Assembly (NCBI RefSeq): GCF_036588685.1
Contig: NC_086385.1
Coordinates: forward strand, 36,417,216 to 36,481,215
Direction: 5' to 3'
Source: Mytilus trossulus
Lineage: Eukaryota
DNA: 64,000 nucleotides
Positions 53,602 through 64,000 of the stretch are shown piece after piece. A program made the translations under genes and the position numbers. The first letter of the stretch is position 1; each line of letters opens with the position of its first letter. Under the pieces are notes generated by a model. It had not been told where the DNA came from and did no database searches. It saw nothing but the letters and a program-made list of their open reading frames with translations.

Positions 53602-56209
53602 TCTTATCAAAGTTTGTCTTAGTTGAGGTCCTATATACAATTTAGGAAATATATATTATCTACACGTTGAATCTAGGAAAAAATATAAATATAGAAAAAT
53701 ATACTAATCAAAGAGAAAAACCACTGATTCTTTTGGATGTTATGAGAATCGAAAAACTGATCATAAAAAAATGTGTAGTGATTAACACTTGTGCCTGTGA
53801 AAGCATTTACAAAATTTAAAATTAGTAATACAGTTGGGTCCTTTTTTAAACTTGAGAGTAATTATAAAAATAAGATGCGATATGATTGCAACTGAGACAA
53901 TTTTAAACAACAGACCACACGGCACAGACATTATTATCTATAGTTCACCGTACGACCTTCACAAATGAGCAAAACCAATACATCATAGTCAGATATTAAA
54001 GGCCTTGAAATGACGAATGTAAAAGTAAAACAATTCAAATGATAAAATTAACGGCTTTATTTACAGAATGATAACCGAGTAACGAATATGGTAAACAGCA
54101 ACAAACAACAACCTGCGAAGATCAGGTTTCTGACTTGGGACAAGAATAAACAGAAATAAACAGGATTACACATTTTAACTAGCGTTCAACCCTCCCCTTT
54201 CCTGGAACTGCAGTAAAACTATACAACATAGAAAAAACATATACAAAATCAGTTGAAAAAGGCTAAACTAATCAAATAAATACAATTAAAAAAAACATGT
54301 AAGAAAACCACATACATGTAGGAGACGTGGAAGGCACCTTGTTTGTTCTTACAACTAAAAGACACACACTTAGTTCATTTCTGAAAGTACTCGTATTTAC
54401 TGACAACTAGTTAGAAGACAATTACAACTATTAAAAATTTATGCATCTTAGACAAAATGATCAATAAGTACAAATCCAACATCCAATGATTTTATATAAA
54501 GACGTTATAAAAGTCAGAGAAAAAAACAACACGTTGTGTAATGTCAAGATACAGGTATCGACAGATTGAAGACCCATAAATAGATATAGGAAGATGTTGT
54601 GTGAGTGGCAATAAGACAACTCTTAATCCAAATAACAATTTATCAAAGTAAACCATTATAAACCATGAATGTACATATGTATATGTTAGCGGCAATACGT
54701 GAAATTAGGCATTAAGCTTAAATCCTAGGCAATAAGCTAACGCCTAGGCATTAAGTTATTACCTGAAATTTTCAGTCATTAAGCTTATAACCTGAAATCT
54801 GGTGATGATTATTTAACCTATTGCCGAACATAGTTTTAGGCAATAAGGGAACTCTGGAATTTATGTATTTTCTGTGATTTATTTTTCATATAAAATAGTT
54901 TCTTCATTATACTCCTAATATTACATGTATTACTTTACATTCATTAGACAGATCTTCAAATTTAATTTACTTTCAATAGTTAAAAAAAAGAACAGAATTA
55001 AGAATGTATTCTTCTGACTTTTCAGTCTCGTTGAAACCTCGTAATGGAATTATTTCCAAAACGATGTTATACTAGTGGAAAGTATCAATTAATTTAAAAA
55101 AAATGTTATTATCAAAATTAATTTTGTAAGAAATTGTGTTTTTATAATAAGAAGTTTTTGAGTATAACATTTTCAAATTTCATTACCAAAGTCAGTATGT
55201 TTAGCAAAAATTTTGAGAAAACGGGTAAGGGGTACAAACAATGATTCTAACAGAAACATGAACAAATGTACATCCCATATCACATTTTTCTTTTCAAAAT
55301 TCTTAGATATGTAATAATCAATCATTTAAGAAGCTGAAACTATATGCATTTATAATAAGTACTATAAAAATCACTAATTTAAAACAATTATTGACAGCAT
55401 AGGAAATTTGACACGAAAAGCCTCAAAATATGATAAAACTTTCTTATATTAAAACCTATAGTTTTCTTAAATTTATTCAGATTGGTCCTCTTTATTTTCA
55501 TTAATGAAGAAAAAAAATATTCCCTTGAATTTGACAGTTGTAGAAAATTAACCCTGCATTTCAATGCACTTAAATTTTTCTGAGTCGTAAATATGTATGT
55601 TGGATGTCTGAAAGCATCATTCTGTTTTTTATTTGATGGTCTAATAAAATATTTTGGAACGTTAAGGTTACATAGTTACCAAAGCAGGTAACCAGTAAAT
55701 AACAGTGTAAAAATTGGGTTGTTTACTTCCGGTGATGATTATTTTCTTATATGCAATGAAATGTAGTGTGAAATTTTCACTTTATCACTGGAAAGGATTA
55801 AACTTTACACATGCAAAGTATTTCTTTGGTTGAAATAAAGGTAAATACTGTACAATTTTTTTTAAAAGTGCAAATTTAACAAAGACTAGTAGGGAAAAAT
55901 CAACAGTTTCAATTCGCATTACGGAAAATGTATGAATAGCAGGAGACGCTCCTCCAGTTCATAATTATTTTTTTTTCAATTCTTGTCATTCCTACGTTTT
56001 TTTCCCTTTGATTTGCATAATGGCGAAACACTGTATTCCATTGTTTTCAAATATGATTTTTATGTATAGAACGTTTTCAACACGATTTAGGTAAGTACGG
56101 GTGTATGAGACGTCATCTGTCATGGATTTTGTATTGTTATGCTTGTATCCCTTTAAACATTTAAAAAAGAATGCATGTACACACCTTTAAAAAATGCCTT
56201 AGTTTAAAC

Positions 56210-56548
56210 ATATTTATTTATAGTGGATTAGGAAACAAGTTTTGCAACTTATATTAATTCTTTTCCACTTTGCGGATGCGAGTGCTGCCTTGTAGCGGCA
56301 TTAGCCTACTCTTTTTCGAAATCTACAAGGGTGTCTTTAATGTGCAAGAGATATGGCTCTCTCTTAACACGGGTCAGCCATTTATCGTCCCCGTCCGACG
56401 GACTATCATCATATCCTCAAGACCATACTCGCAAATGGTGTCAAGGGAGAGCCGAAAATTGAGTTCCTGAAATTTTCATCCCAAACGGGAATCGAACCAG
56501 GAACCTTTGTGTTAGTAGTCCGATGCACTAACCACTACACCACGGCTC
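56210..56548 (-). mobile_element. tRNA-derived SINE (Deu/Nin-like body)
   Basis: Minus strand A box TGGTGTAGTGG and B box GGTTCGATTCC; body gcacattaaagacaccc...tttcgaaaaagag; (aaat)n tail. Confidence 0.75.
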
Positions 56549-56704
56549 TGTACCACTACACAAAAAATGCCTTGAAACATAAAGTAAAAAATGCCTTTCA
56601 ACAATAATTACAAAAGGCCTTTAAACATTAAATAAAAAATGCCTTTGAACATTTAATAAAAAATGTCTTTAAACATTTAGAAAAACTTTTTTCAAATAAA
56701 GTGC

Positions 56705-56850
56705 ACAATTTTTGGATCCTTAATGATCTTCAAAGTTTTACTTGTTTGACTTAATAAATATTTTGATATGAGCGTCAGTGATGAGTTTTATGTAGACGAA
56801 ACGCGCATCTGTCGTACTTAATTATAACCCTGGTACCTTTGATAGCTATT
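56705..56850 (+). repeat. Degenerate retrozyme/hammerhead fragment
   Basis: gagcgtca-GTGATGA-gttttatgtagac-GAAA-cgcgcatc...ggtacctttgatagctatt. Confidence 0.7.
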
Positions 56851-59800
56851 CCTAATATTTGGAATAGTTATTCAACATTTTTAAGTCTTTAATTAAACTA
56901 TGTGTATCGAAATTGTGGAAACACAAGTTAACATTTCTACGACGACAGCAACGTATTATTATTCGTGTCAGTATTGTTTAAACGTCAAAGTGTAATAGCA
57001 GGCACATGGATAGGAGTAAATGACCATCCTTTACCCGTTTGTTTATTATACAGACATCTACGTCTTAAATAACGGTGCGGTTTCAAATGTATATATGTTT
57101 ACAGCATGTAAAACACATATAAACGTAAATATCTAATGTACGCATATGTTATCCGAACAATTTCACAAACGGCATACTCTTATTATTATTAGGTCCTGTG
57201 TATCACCCAAGTAATCGTTATATTTTACGTTTTAAAAACCTTCTAATGATTCTGTACTGAGGTTAAATTTGATATCCAAAATATTACCAAAATAATATAA
57301 ATATATTTTTAAACGCCATCAAATTGTGTGTATTATTTTCTTTATATGCATAGTTATGAGTGGGATTTTTTTCCTGGTTGGTATTGGTTTCGATAATCTG
57401 ACGTGTTGCTCAAAGGCAAATCAAGCACAGATATTGACCATTATTAAGTTAATTAGGACCCATTATTGATATTACTTTTCCTACCTGCTTGTAACTTTGT
57501 CGGACTTTGAGCTGTTGTGTACCTTCATAGATTTAAGCTACACTATCTACGATTATTGATTTTACCTGTTGTGGTTGCATATGCACATGTGTATAAACAA
57601 CAAATACAAAGTAGGTCATATAGATTTTTGAAAAATGTTTTAGATATTTGGTGTCCCCCTTTTTCTTGTCCATTAATACAATGTTCTCTATTGTCTGTAG
57701 GTTATCATACATTCTTTTATATATAATTAATTTGTTCGCATCTGCGATGAGATTAAGTGAAAAGGAACCTCACAATATATCAATGTTTTTAAATGGGAAA
57801 ATGGATAACGTTCTAGATGCACATGTTCGACGATACAATAATGACATGGGTGTATGTAACCTGGAATCCTGATGTGTCTAATATTTTCGATTTTGCTATG
57901 CTTCAATTCAAATATAAGTCCGCTTACGGTATTAAGAATATTGTGTCAGGTTCCCAGACTAGGGTGTATGTAAATATGGCCATAGTTTGTAGTTCCTTCT
58001 AAAAACCTTCAACAGATATATTACAAAACATCAAGTATCCCTATTTACACATCATCAACTTTCAAACAAAACATATAGAGAAAGAACTGAAAACTTCACG
58101 CATCGTAAATAATTTTCACTATAACGAACAATATACAAGAAGGAAAAGTAAGCTAAATATACATTGCTATATATGTGCAGTTATATGAACGGATGGTCAT
58201 ACATCCTGTCTATACTGTTTACATATATTTTGACATTACATAAGGTCATGCAATTCTCAGACGAATAATACTTAGTTTTACTAAATTCTTCTAATGTCTA
58301 CTTATTAATACCTTTGTCTTGGAGAAAATTGAATTTATAAGTCGTAAATGGTTTTGAACGAACTTTCCGTAACTGTATGTTTGTGTCTATAGCTTCTTAT
58401 GTTAGTTGTTTTTGTACTAAGTCTTCATGATGATCTTTTAGGTTGAGCCAATTGCAACTGATTTTCACAACTTGCTTATATATTGTGCTGTTACATCACT
58501 GTCCTAGGTTAGAAGAGGTGTGAGTGCTCACAGACACTTTAAACCCGGCAATACTCTAAATGTGCCAGATCCAAGTCAGGAGCTAGTATTTCAGTTATTT
58601 CTATAGTTTATGTATGTCATGTTTGTTGTTTTTAAATTATTCTGTTATAGGTAAGGGCCGTTACTTTAAATGATTGAAACGTTTTACATTTTTGCATATT
58701 GGTGCGTTTTGTAATCGACTATACGATATTGAACCTTTTCTCATTCTCGAACGCCGTACAGTGAAATATATTTCTACTTATTTGAAATCTAATGGTAATT
58801 TTATCATTTGCGTGCATACCACATCTCTTTTATTTCGATGCGTAAACCGCGCAATGATTGTAAGCACGTGTACAAAATAAGTCTGAATTTCAAGTTAAAT
58901 ATAAAAAAAACCACGTGATAAATATACTTTTTACAATGTCACTGACCAATTTGAATGAGATAAGAAACACGTGAAAGCTCAAACCAACAGATAATACTGG
59001 ATAATAAAGACGATCTACATTTTAAAATATGACGTGTTTTACTACAAAAGAACACAGGTGTTTTAACTGTGCCCGTTTGGTTATCATCAGTGTATCAGAC
59101 ATAATGCGACGTTGAGGACATGTTGCATATAAAATAAGATGTACTTAAAAACTGCAAAGATCATTTAGAGTACATACAATTTATGACTCTTTCATCTGGC
59201 AATAGTATTAAAACATCGGACTTTTCTACACTTTACACAAGTATTCCCCGTTCCAGACTAAAAGGCAAATTGAAAGAGTAGGCATTGCTTTGTTTCATAA
59301 AAAAGAATGGCAAACGTAGATACAAGTATCTTTTCTTAGGGAAGGATGAGTCCTACTTTGTAAAGAATCACTCTAAATAAAACAATAAATTTTCTGAAAC
59401 TGAGGTGATCAAGATGCTTGATTTCTTAAATGACAACATATTTGTTACGAGGAGGACGTGTTTTTCAACAGACTGTCGGAATTCCATTGGGCACCAATTG
59501 TGCCCTCTTCTTACAGACTTTTTTCTTTATCCTTATGAGACTTACTTCATACAAGAACTTCCTCTAATTTTACGATCCGCTATATAGGTGATGTTCTCTC
59601 ACTAAATTATTCAAAATTTGGTGACTATGTTGAACGAATCCATCACTTTGACCTAGAGATAAGGGATACTACATATACAGTTAATCCTGTCTCATATCTG
59701 GATTTATATCTAGAATTTGACAACGAGGGTATGTTGAAAACAAAACTGATGATTTCAGCTTTCCAATTGTGAACTTTCCATTTCTATGTAGCATCATTCA

Positions 59801-61728
59801 AGAAGCGCCTGTGTACGATTTTCCCGGGAGTGTATTTATTATCATGCTTTCCTTGATAAGGGGTTGTCTTGCTGCTCACTAGGAAGCTAATAAACTAAAG
59901 TTCCAAATGGTGAAGTTGAAATCATCTTTTCGTAAATTTTACGGACGCCATTACGAGTTGGCTGACCGTTATTGGATAACAGTTTCACAGATGATATTGT
60001 ATATGTTCTTTATCTCGTAACTACAATCCCCTCCCCTTTTCACGAATATGACCTACAGAATAAGACTTTTTATCGGATTTGTAATAACATAAGAACCACG
60101 ACTGAGGCCACATGTGGAGCAGGATCTGCATACCCTTCCGGAGCACTAGAGATCACCCGAGTTTTTCATGGAGTTCGTGTTGCTTAGTCTTTAGTTTTCT
60201 TTGTTGTGTCTTGTGTACTGATATTTGTCTGTCTGTCTTTTTCTTTTTTTTTAGAAATGGCGTTGTCAGTCGATTTATGAATTTGACTGTCTTTTTTGTA
60301 TCTTTCGCCCCTCCTTTATTGATGCATTGAAAATGTATGAATAGCTCTAAGATCTAACAGGCTTATTTCCCAAATTTGATGTTAGTGTAAACTTGATAAA
60401 AGAATCTCACTCCTTCATGGATAAATCGAAAATGTATAAATAGATCTCAGATCTAAACGTCTAAGACGTTTTCCCCCCAAAATTATGTAAGTGTAAACTT
60501 GACAACATACTCTCACAAACTTTAGGTTTATTGAAATCTATCGAATGTTATTGTTAGTCGTGAATCCTGATGCAATCGAATGCCGTTCTTCTGTATTAAA
60601 TTGATTACAAAATTGTAAACGATTCTTTTTTAGGTTAACTCAGTACAAACCATACAGTCATATAATTGTATTGGTCGATATTTTCCGCATTCGATATCTT
60701 TTGGCTGACAATAGAGATTAACTCATTATAGATACCAAGATTAATATTTACATTTACGCCAGACGTGCGTTTCGTTTATAAAAGACGCATCAGTGACGCT
60801 CGAATCCAAAAAAAGTTAAAAAGGCCAAATAGAGTTGATGAGCATTGATGACCAAAATTCCTAAAAGTTTTGCCCAATACAACTAAGGTGATCTATTCCT
60901 GAGGTAGAAAAATCAGAAAATATTGATGAATGTTCTTTTCAGTAGTAATCCGAACTTTTCTGATTAGGTTCCAGTAATATATTCCCAAGAACCAGAAATT
61001 AAGGAAACAACAGCCATGGATTCCTCCCTTTTAAGACTATACGTCGAATTCGACACACAAATGCATCTCAGTACCATAATCTATGACAAATGAGACGATT
61101 CTTATTTTCCCTCACCTTATAGTAAAAGGAGTATACCAGTTTTCACCTGCATATGAGATATACATTTCCCAACTTATTCGGTGTTCAATAGCATGCAGTT
61201 ACTACTCAGACTTTGTAAAAGTCACCAGTGTTTGAGCAAAAAGATAATGAGACAGTGGTATGTCAAAAAAGGGTACCGAAACCTTGTTGACAAATATTTT
61301 GAATCAACTTTACAAATATACACGATAGTCTTGAAGCATAAACTCTGGGAACTAACGTTGTTTATCTTCTTAGTTACGTGTTATATTATTTTTCATTAAA
61401 TGTTTTTTTTGTGATATCCATTAAACGTTACTCTGTACTTATGTATCCCGTTATTGTTTCTATGATATTTTTTATAATATTGTCTTTTATTTTTGCTTAT
61501 GTACTTTGTATATATGCCTTTTTGTGTTTCTTTGATACATATGACGTGGCTCTGAACTCATACATCAAACCATTGTATTATTGTTTAATGGCATGTTTTT
61601 TGTATTCTTGTTTATCATTTTTGCCAATATGCTTTGTCTATATTCCTTATTGTGCTTTCTGTGATTAAGATTATAATACAATGTTGACTGCTGTATCCGT
61701 ATTTTTGACATTTTTACCTTTTGTATCT

Positions 61729-62149
61729 AGATATAGGAAGATGTGGTGTGAGTGCCAATGAGACAACTCTCCATCCAAATAACAATTTAAAAATTAAACC
61801 ATTATAGGTTAAAGTACGGCCTTCAACACGGAGCCTTGGCTCACACCGCACAACAAGCTATAAAGGGCCCCAAAATTACTAGTGTAAAACCATTCAAACG
61901 GGAAAACCAACGGTCTAATCTATATAAACAAAACGAGAAACGAGAAACACGTATATATTACATAAACAAACGACAACTACTGTACATCAGATTCCTGACT
62001 TAGGACAGGTGCGAACATTTGCAGCGGGATTAAACGTTTTAATGGGCCCAAACCTTCTCCCTTTTTCTGAAACAATAGCATAACATCACAACATATAAAA
62101 ACATACGATAAAATATCAATTAGAAGACTTAACTCAATCAAAAAACGTA
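61729..62149. mobile_element. Recent ~421-bp retroposon-like insertion
   Basis: Absent from the duplicate at ~7341; flanked by TATCT at 61724-61728 and 62150-62154. Confidence 0.85.
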
Positions 62150-62542
62150 TATCTGTTTGATTTGTACACATATTGTTGTCAATATATTGGAATTCGACGC
62201 AACTGCCATACAAGTAAGAGGTTTAACAAGCTATATAACCTGGTTTAATCCACCATTTTCTACATAAGAAAATGCCTGTGCTAAGTCAGGAATATGACAG
62301 TTGTTATCCATTCGTTGGATATGTTTAGGCGTAAGATTTTGCTATTTGATTAGGGACTTTCCGTTTTGAATTTTCCTCGAAGTTCAGTATTTTTTGTGAT
62401 TTTCTTTTTTCTTACACAATTTATATAATTTCTTTTATTGTATAATTAATGAAAATAAAGTCCAATAGACAACAGATATTCTTAATACAGCCGCATCAGT
62501 TGTTTGTGCATTTGTAATTAAAAATTATACATATGGCAATTT

Positions 62543-64000
62543 TCAATCAGCAGAATGTTTACTGCATTTAACGTCAAACAGAAAGGCAACTTCATGATAG
62601 TTAGCAACAAGAAGTACGTTTTTGGTTTTATGGAAATATACGGCACGAGGATTAAAAATTCCATCACTAGCTCCAATGAGCTGTTTGGCCTGTTTTCCAT
62701 CTTTAGATATCACTACAACATTATTTGATTCAGACCCAGCAACATATATGTTGGAATATGAATCTAAAGTTATGCCGTATGGTTTTCTAAGCAATGAATC
62801 AGAATATGTCCATTGTACCTGTCCATTGTAATTGTAACATACGACGGAATTAGTACGCCAGTTGGAATGAAAAATGTTCTTTTCATTTGAGGTAACGTAC
62901 GTCTCATCTACGTCCATAGGGGCAGAAGGTAATATACGGATGTTATTTTGTTTTTGAGACGTGTCATATAGTTTAATTCCATTTTGATGTGTGCAACAAA
63001 TAAGCAATCCATTGTGACAGCTTAAGCCATAACACCAGTCGCTGAGGTCATTCACTTTGAGCAATTTTGCATTATTCATATCAATAAAGTGAATGTTTGT
63101 TGGATGATTTCCGCCACTTGATACGGCCACCGTTTGTGAATCAACCACTGCCAGGTCGTAACCAATAGCGGTTTGCTCATGTATAATACATGATTCGGAA
63201 TTTAATTCACCATTAGGACAATATGTAAGCAGATTATTATTGTGAGCTTGTAGAAATAACATGTTTCCAGCTTCTGATATGGCACATCCTGTTAGATAAT
63301 TACGACCAATGTTAATCTTTTGTACTAGCTTGACGTGTATTTCTTCAATCGATGTCGGTCCTGAAGTAGATTTATAAATTTGCGCTGATTGGTCACTTTT
63401 CCATGAATATGAAAAATGCTTTTCAGAAGAATCCATCTTCATACCTCCAAGTGTATTTATTTCTTTGATAATCGCTTCTAGCTTTTCATTGAACGTAAAT
63501 TGTAATGATACGTTGTTTAAACTCCCATTATCATACAATTTCTGGACGTTAATTTCATTGATGGAAACACTTTCTATGAATGCCTTTATTCCCATGAAGA
63601 TTTGCAGATTTGATGCAAACAGTTTTACAGATTCAACGTCTTTTTGAACTTCGTCTACTTTCTTTTTTTCTTCATTGAGTTTTGCAATCACTTCTTCTAT
63701 TTTCTGACTGTTATTTTTTTCCATTCTAGATGCTTTTTCTAGAACTTCCTCTTCTAAATGGTCTAAAAGCATAAGTATTTGTTGGCGTTTTTCTTTTATA
63801 TTTTTTACAATCACTTGCTTCTGTTCACGTAACTCTGTCAAGTTTCGCCTTCTGTCCTTTATAGCAGTAGAAATGTTACTTTCCAGATCTTTCAGAACTT
63901 TTTCAATGTTATCCAAAGGTACTGATTGGTGTCCTTTTGAAGGCGTAAGAAAATGTTCAACGAAAATAATGTCCGTGCATTCCTTATGAGCTGATATCGA
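62543..64000 (-). CDS. TRIM-like gene, copy E; open within the window; 5' end off the window
   Basis: Continuous coiled-coil plus NHL-like propeller ORF, near-identical to copy B but with GGA where B has TGA. Confidence 0.88.
   Translation of the reverse strand, partial: SISAHKECTDIIFVEHFLTPSKGHQSVPLDNIEKVLKDLESNISTAIKDRRRNLTELREQKQVIVKNIKEKRQQILMLLDHLEEEVLEKASRMEKNNSQKIEEVIAKLNEEKKKVDEVQKDVESVKLFASNLQIFMGIKAFIESVSINEINVQKLYDNGSLNNVSLQFTFNEKLEAIIKEINTLGGMKMDSSEKHFSYSWKSDQSAQIYKSTSGPTSIEEIHVKLVQKINIGRNYLTGCAISEAGNMLFLQAHNNNLLTYCPNGELNSESCIIHEQTAIGYDLAVVDSQTVAVSSGGNHPTNIHFIDMNNAKLLKVNDLSDWCYGLSCHNGLLICCTHQNGIKLYDTSQKQNNIRILPSAPMDVDETYVTSNEKNIFHSNWRTNSVVCYNYNGQVQWTYSDSLLRKPYGITLDSYSNIYVAGSESNNVVVISKDGKQAKQLIGASDGIFNPRAVYFHKTKNVLLVANYHEVAFLFDVKCSKHSAD

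Larger units (their letters stand above)
56976..64000 (+). repeat. Segmental duplication, copy 2
   Basis: Colinear with 2521..9192 and runs off the window. Confidence 0.95.

Noticed and set aside
56470-56548. Possible tRNA gene
   Set aside because: A and B boxes continue into a SINE body and (aaat)n tail; no convincing cloverleaf.

Overview
AT-rich eukaryotic genomic DNA, most likely from a marine bivalve. Mytilus is inferred from the repeat families and the 352-nt retrozyme, not proven. (1) A tandem cluster of five minus-strand, RING-less TRIM-like genes (B-boxes, coiled coil, NHL/beta-propeller). The four copies whose 5' halves lie in the window keep an open B-box/coiled-coil half and carry different premature stops at or just inside the propeller. 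(2) A ~7-9 kb segmental duplication (start of window vs ~52-64 kb) with mosaic identity. (3) A complete 5.66-kb TTAA-flanked Kolobok-type DNA transposon. It encodes a 4-exon THAP-DDE transposase with one nonsense codon and an intact 2-exon gene resembling the P2X7 cytoplasmic 'ballast' domain (KolX-like). Both genes have the same 23-bp CRE-containing motif upstream. (4) A 352-nt tandem hammerhead-ribozyme retrozyme and scattered decayed copies. (5) A spliced, stand-alone GIY-YIG nuclease-like gene that the ORF track largely misses. (6) A decayed PIF1-helicase gene converging on a decayed P-element-like transposase. (7) Many MITEs, Helentron-like elements, tRNA-derived SINEs and Penelope-like RT fragments. 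All family assignments come from motif recognition by eye; no searches were run.
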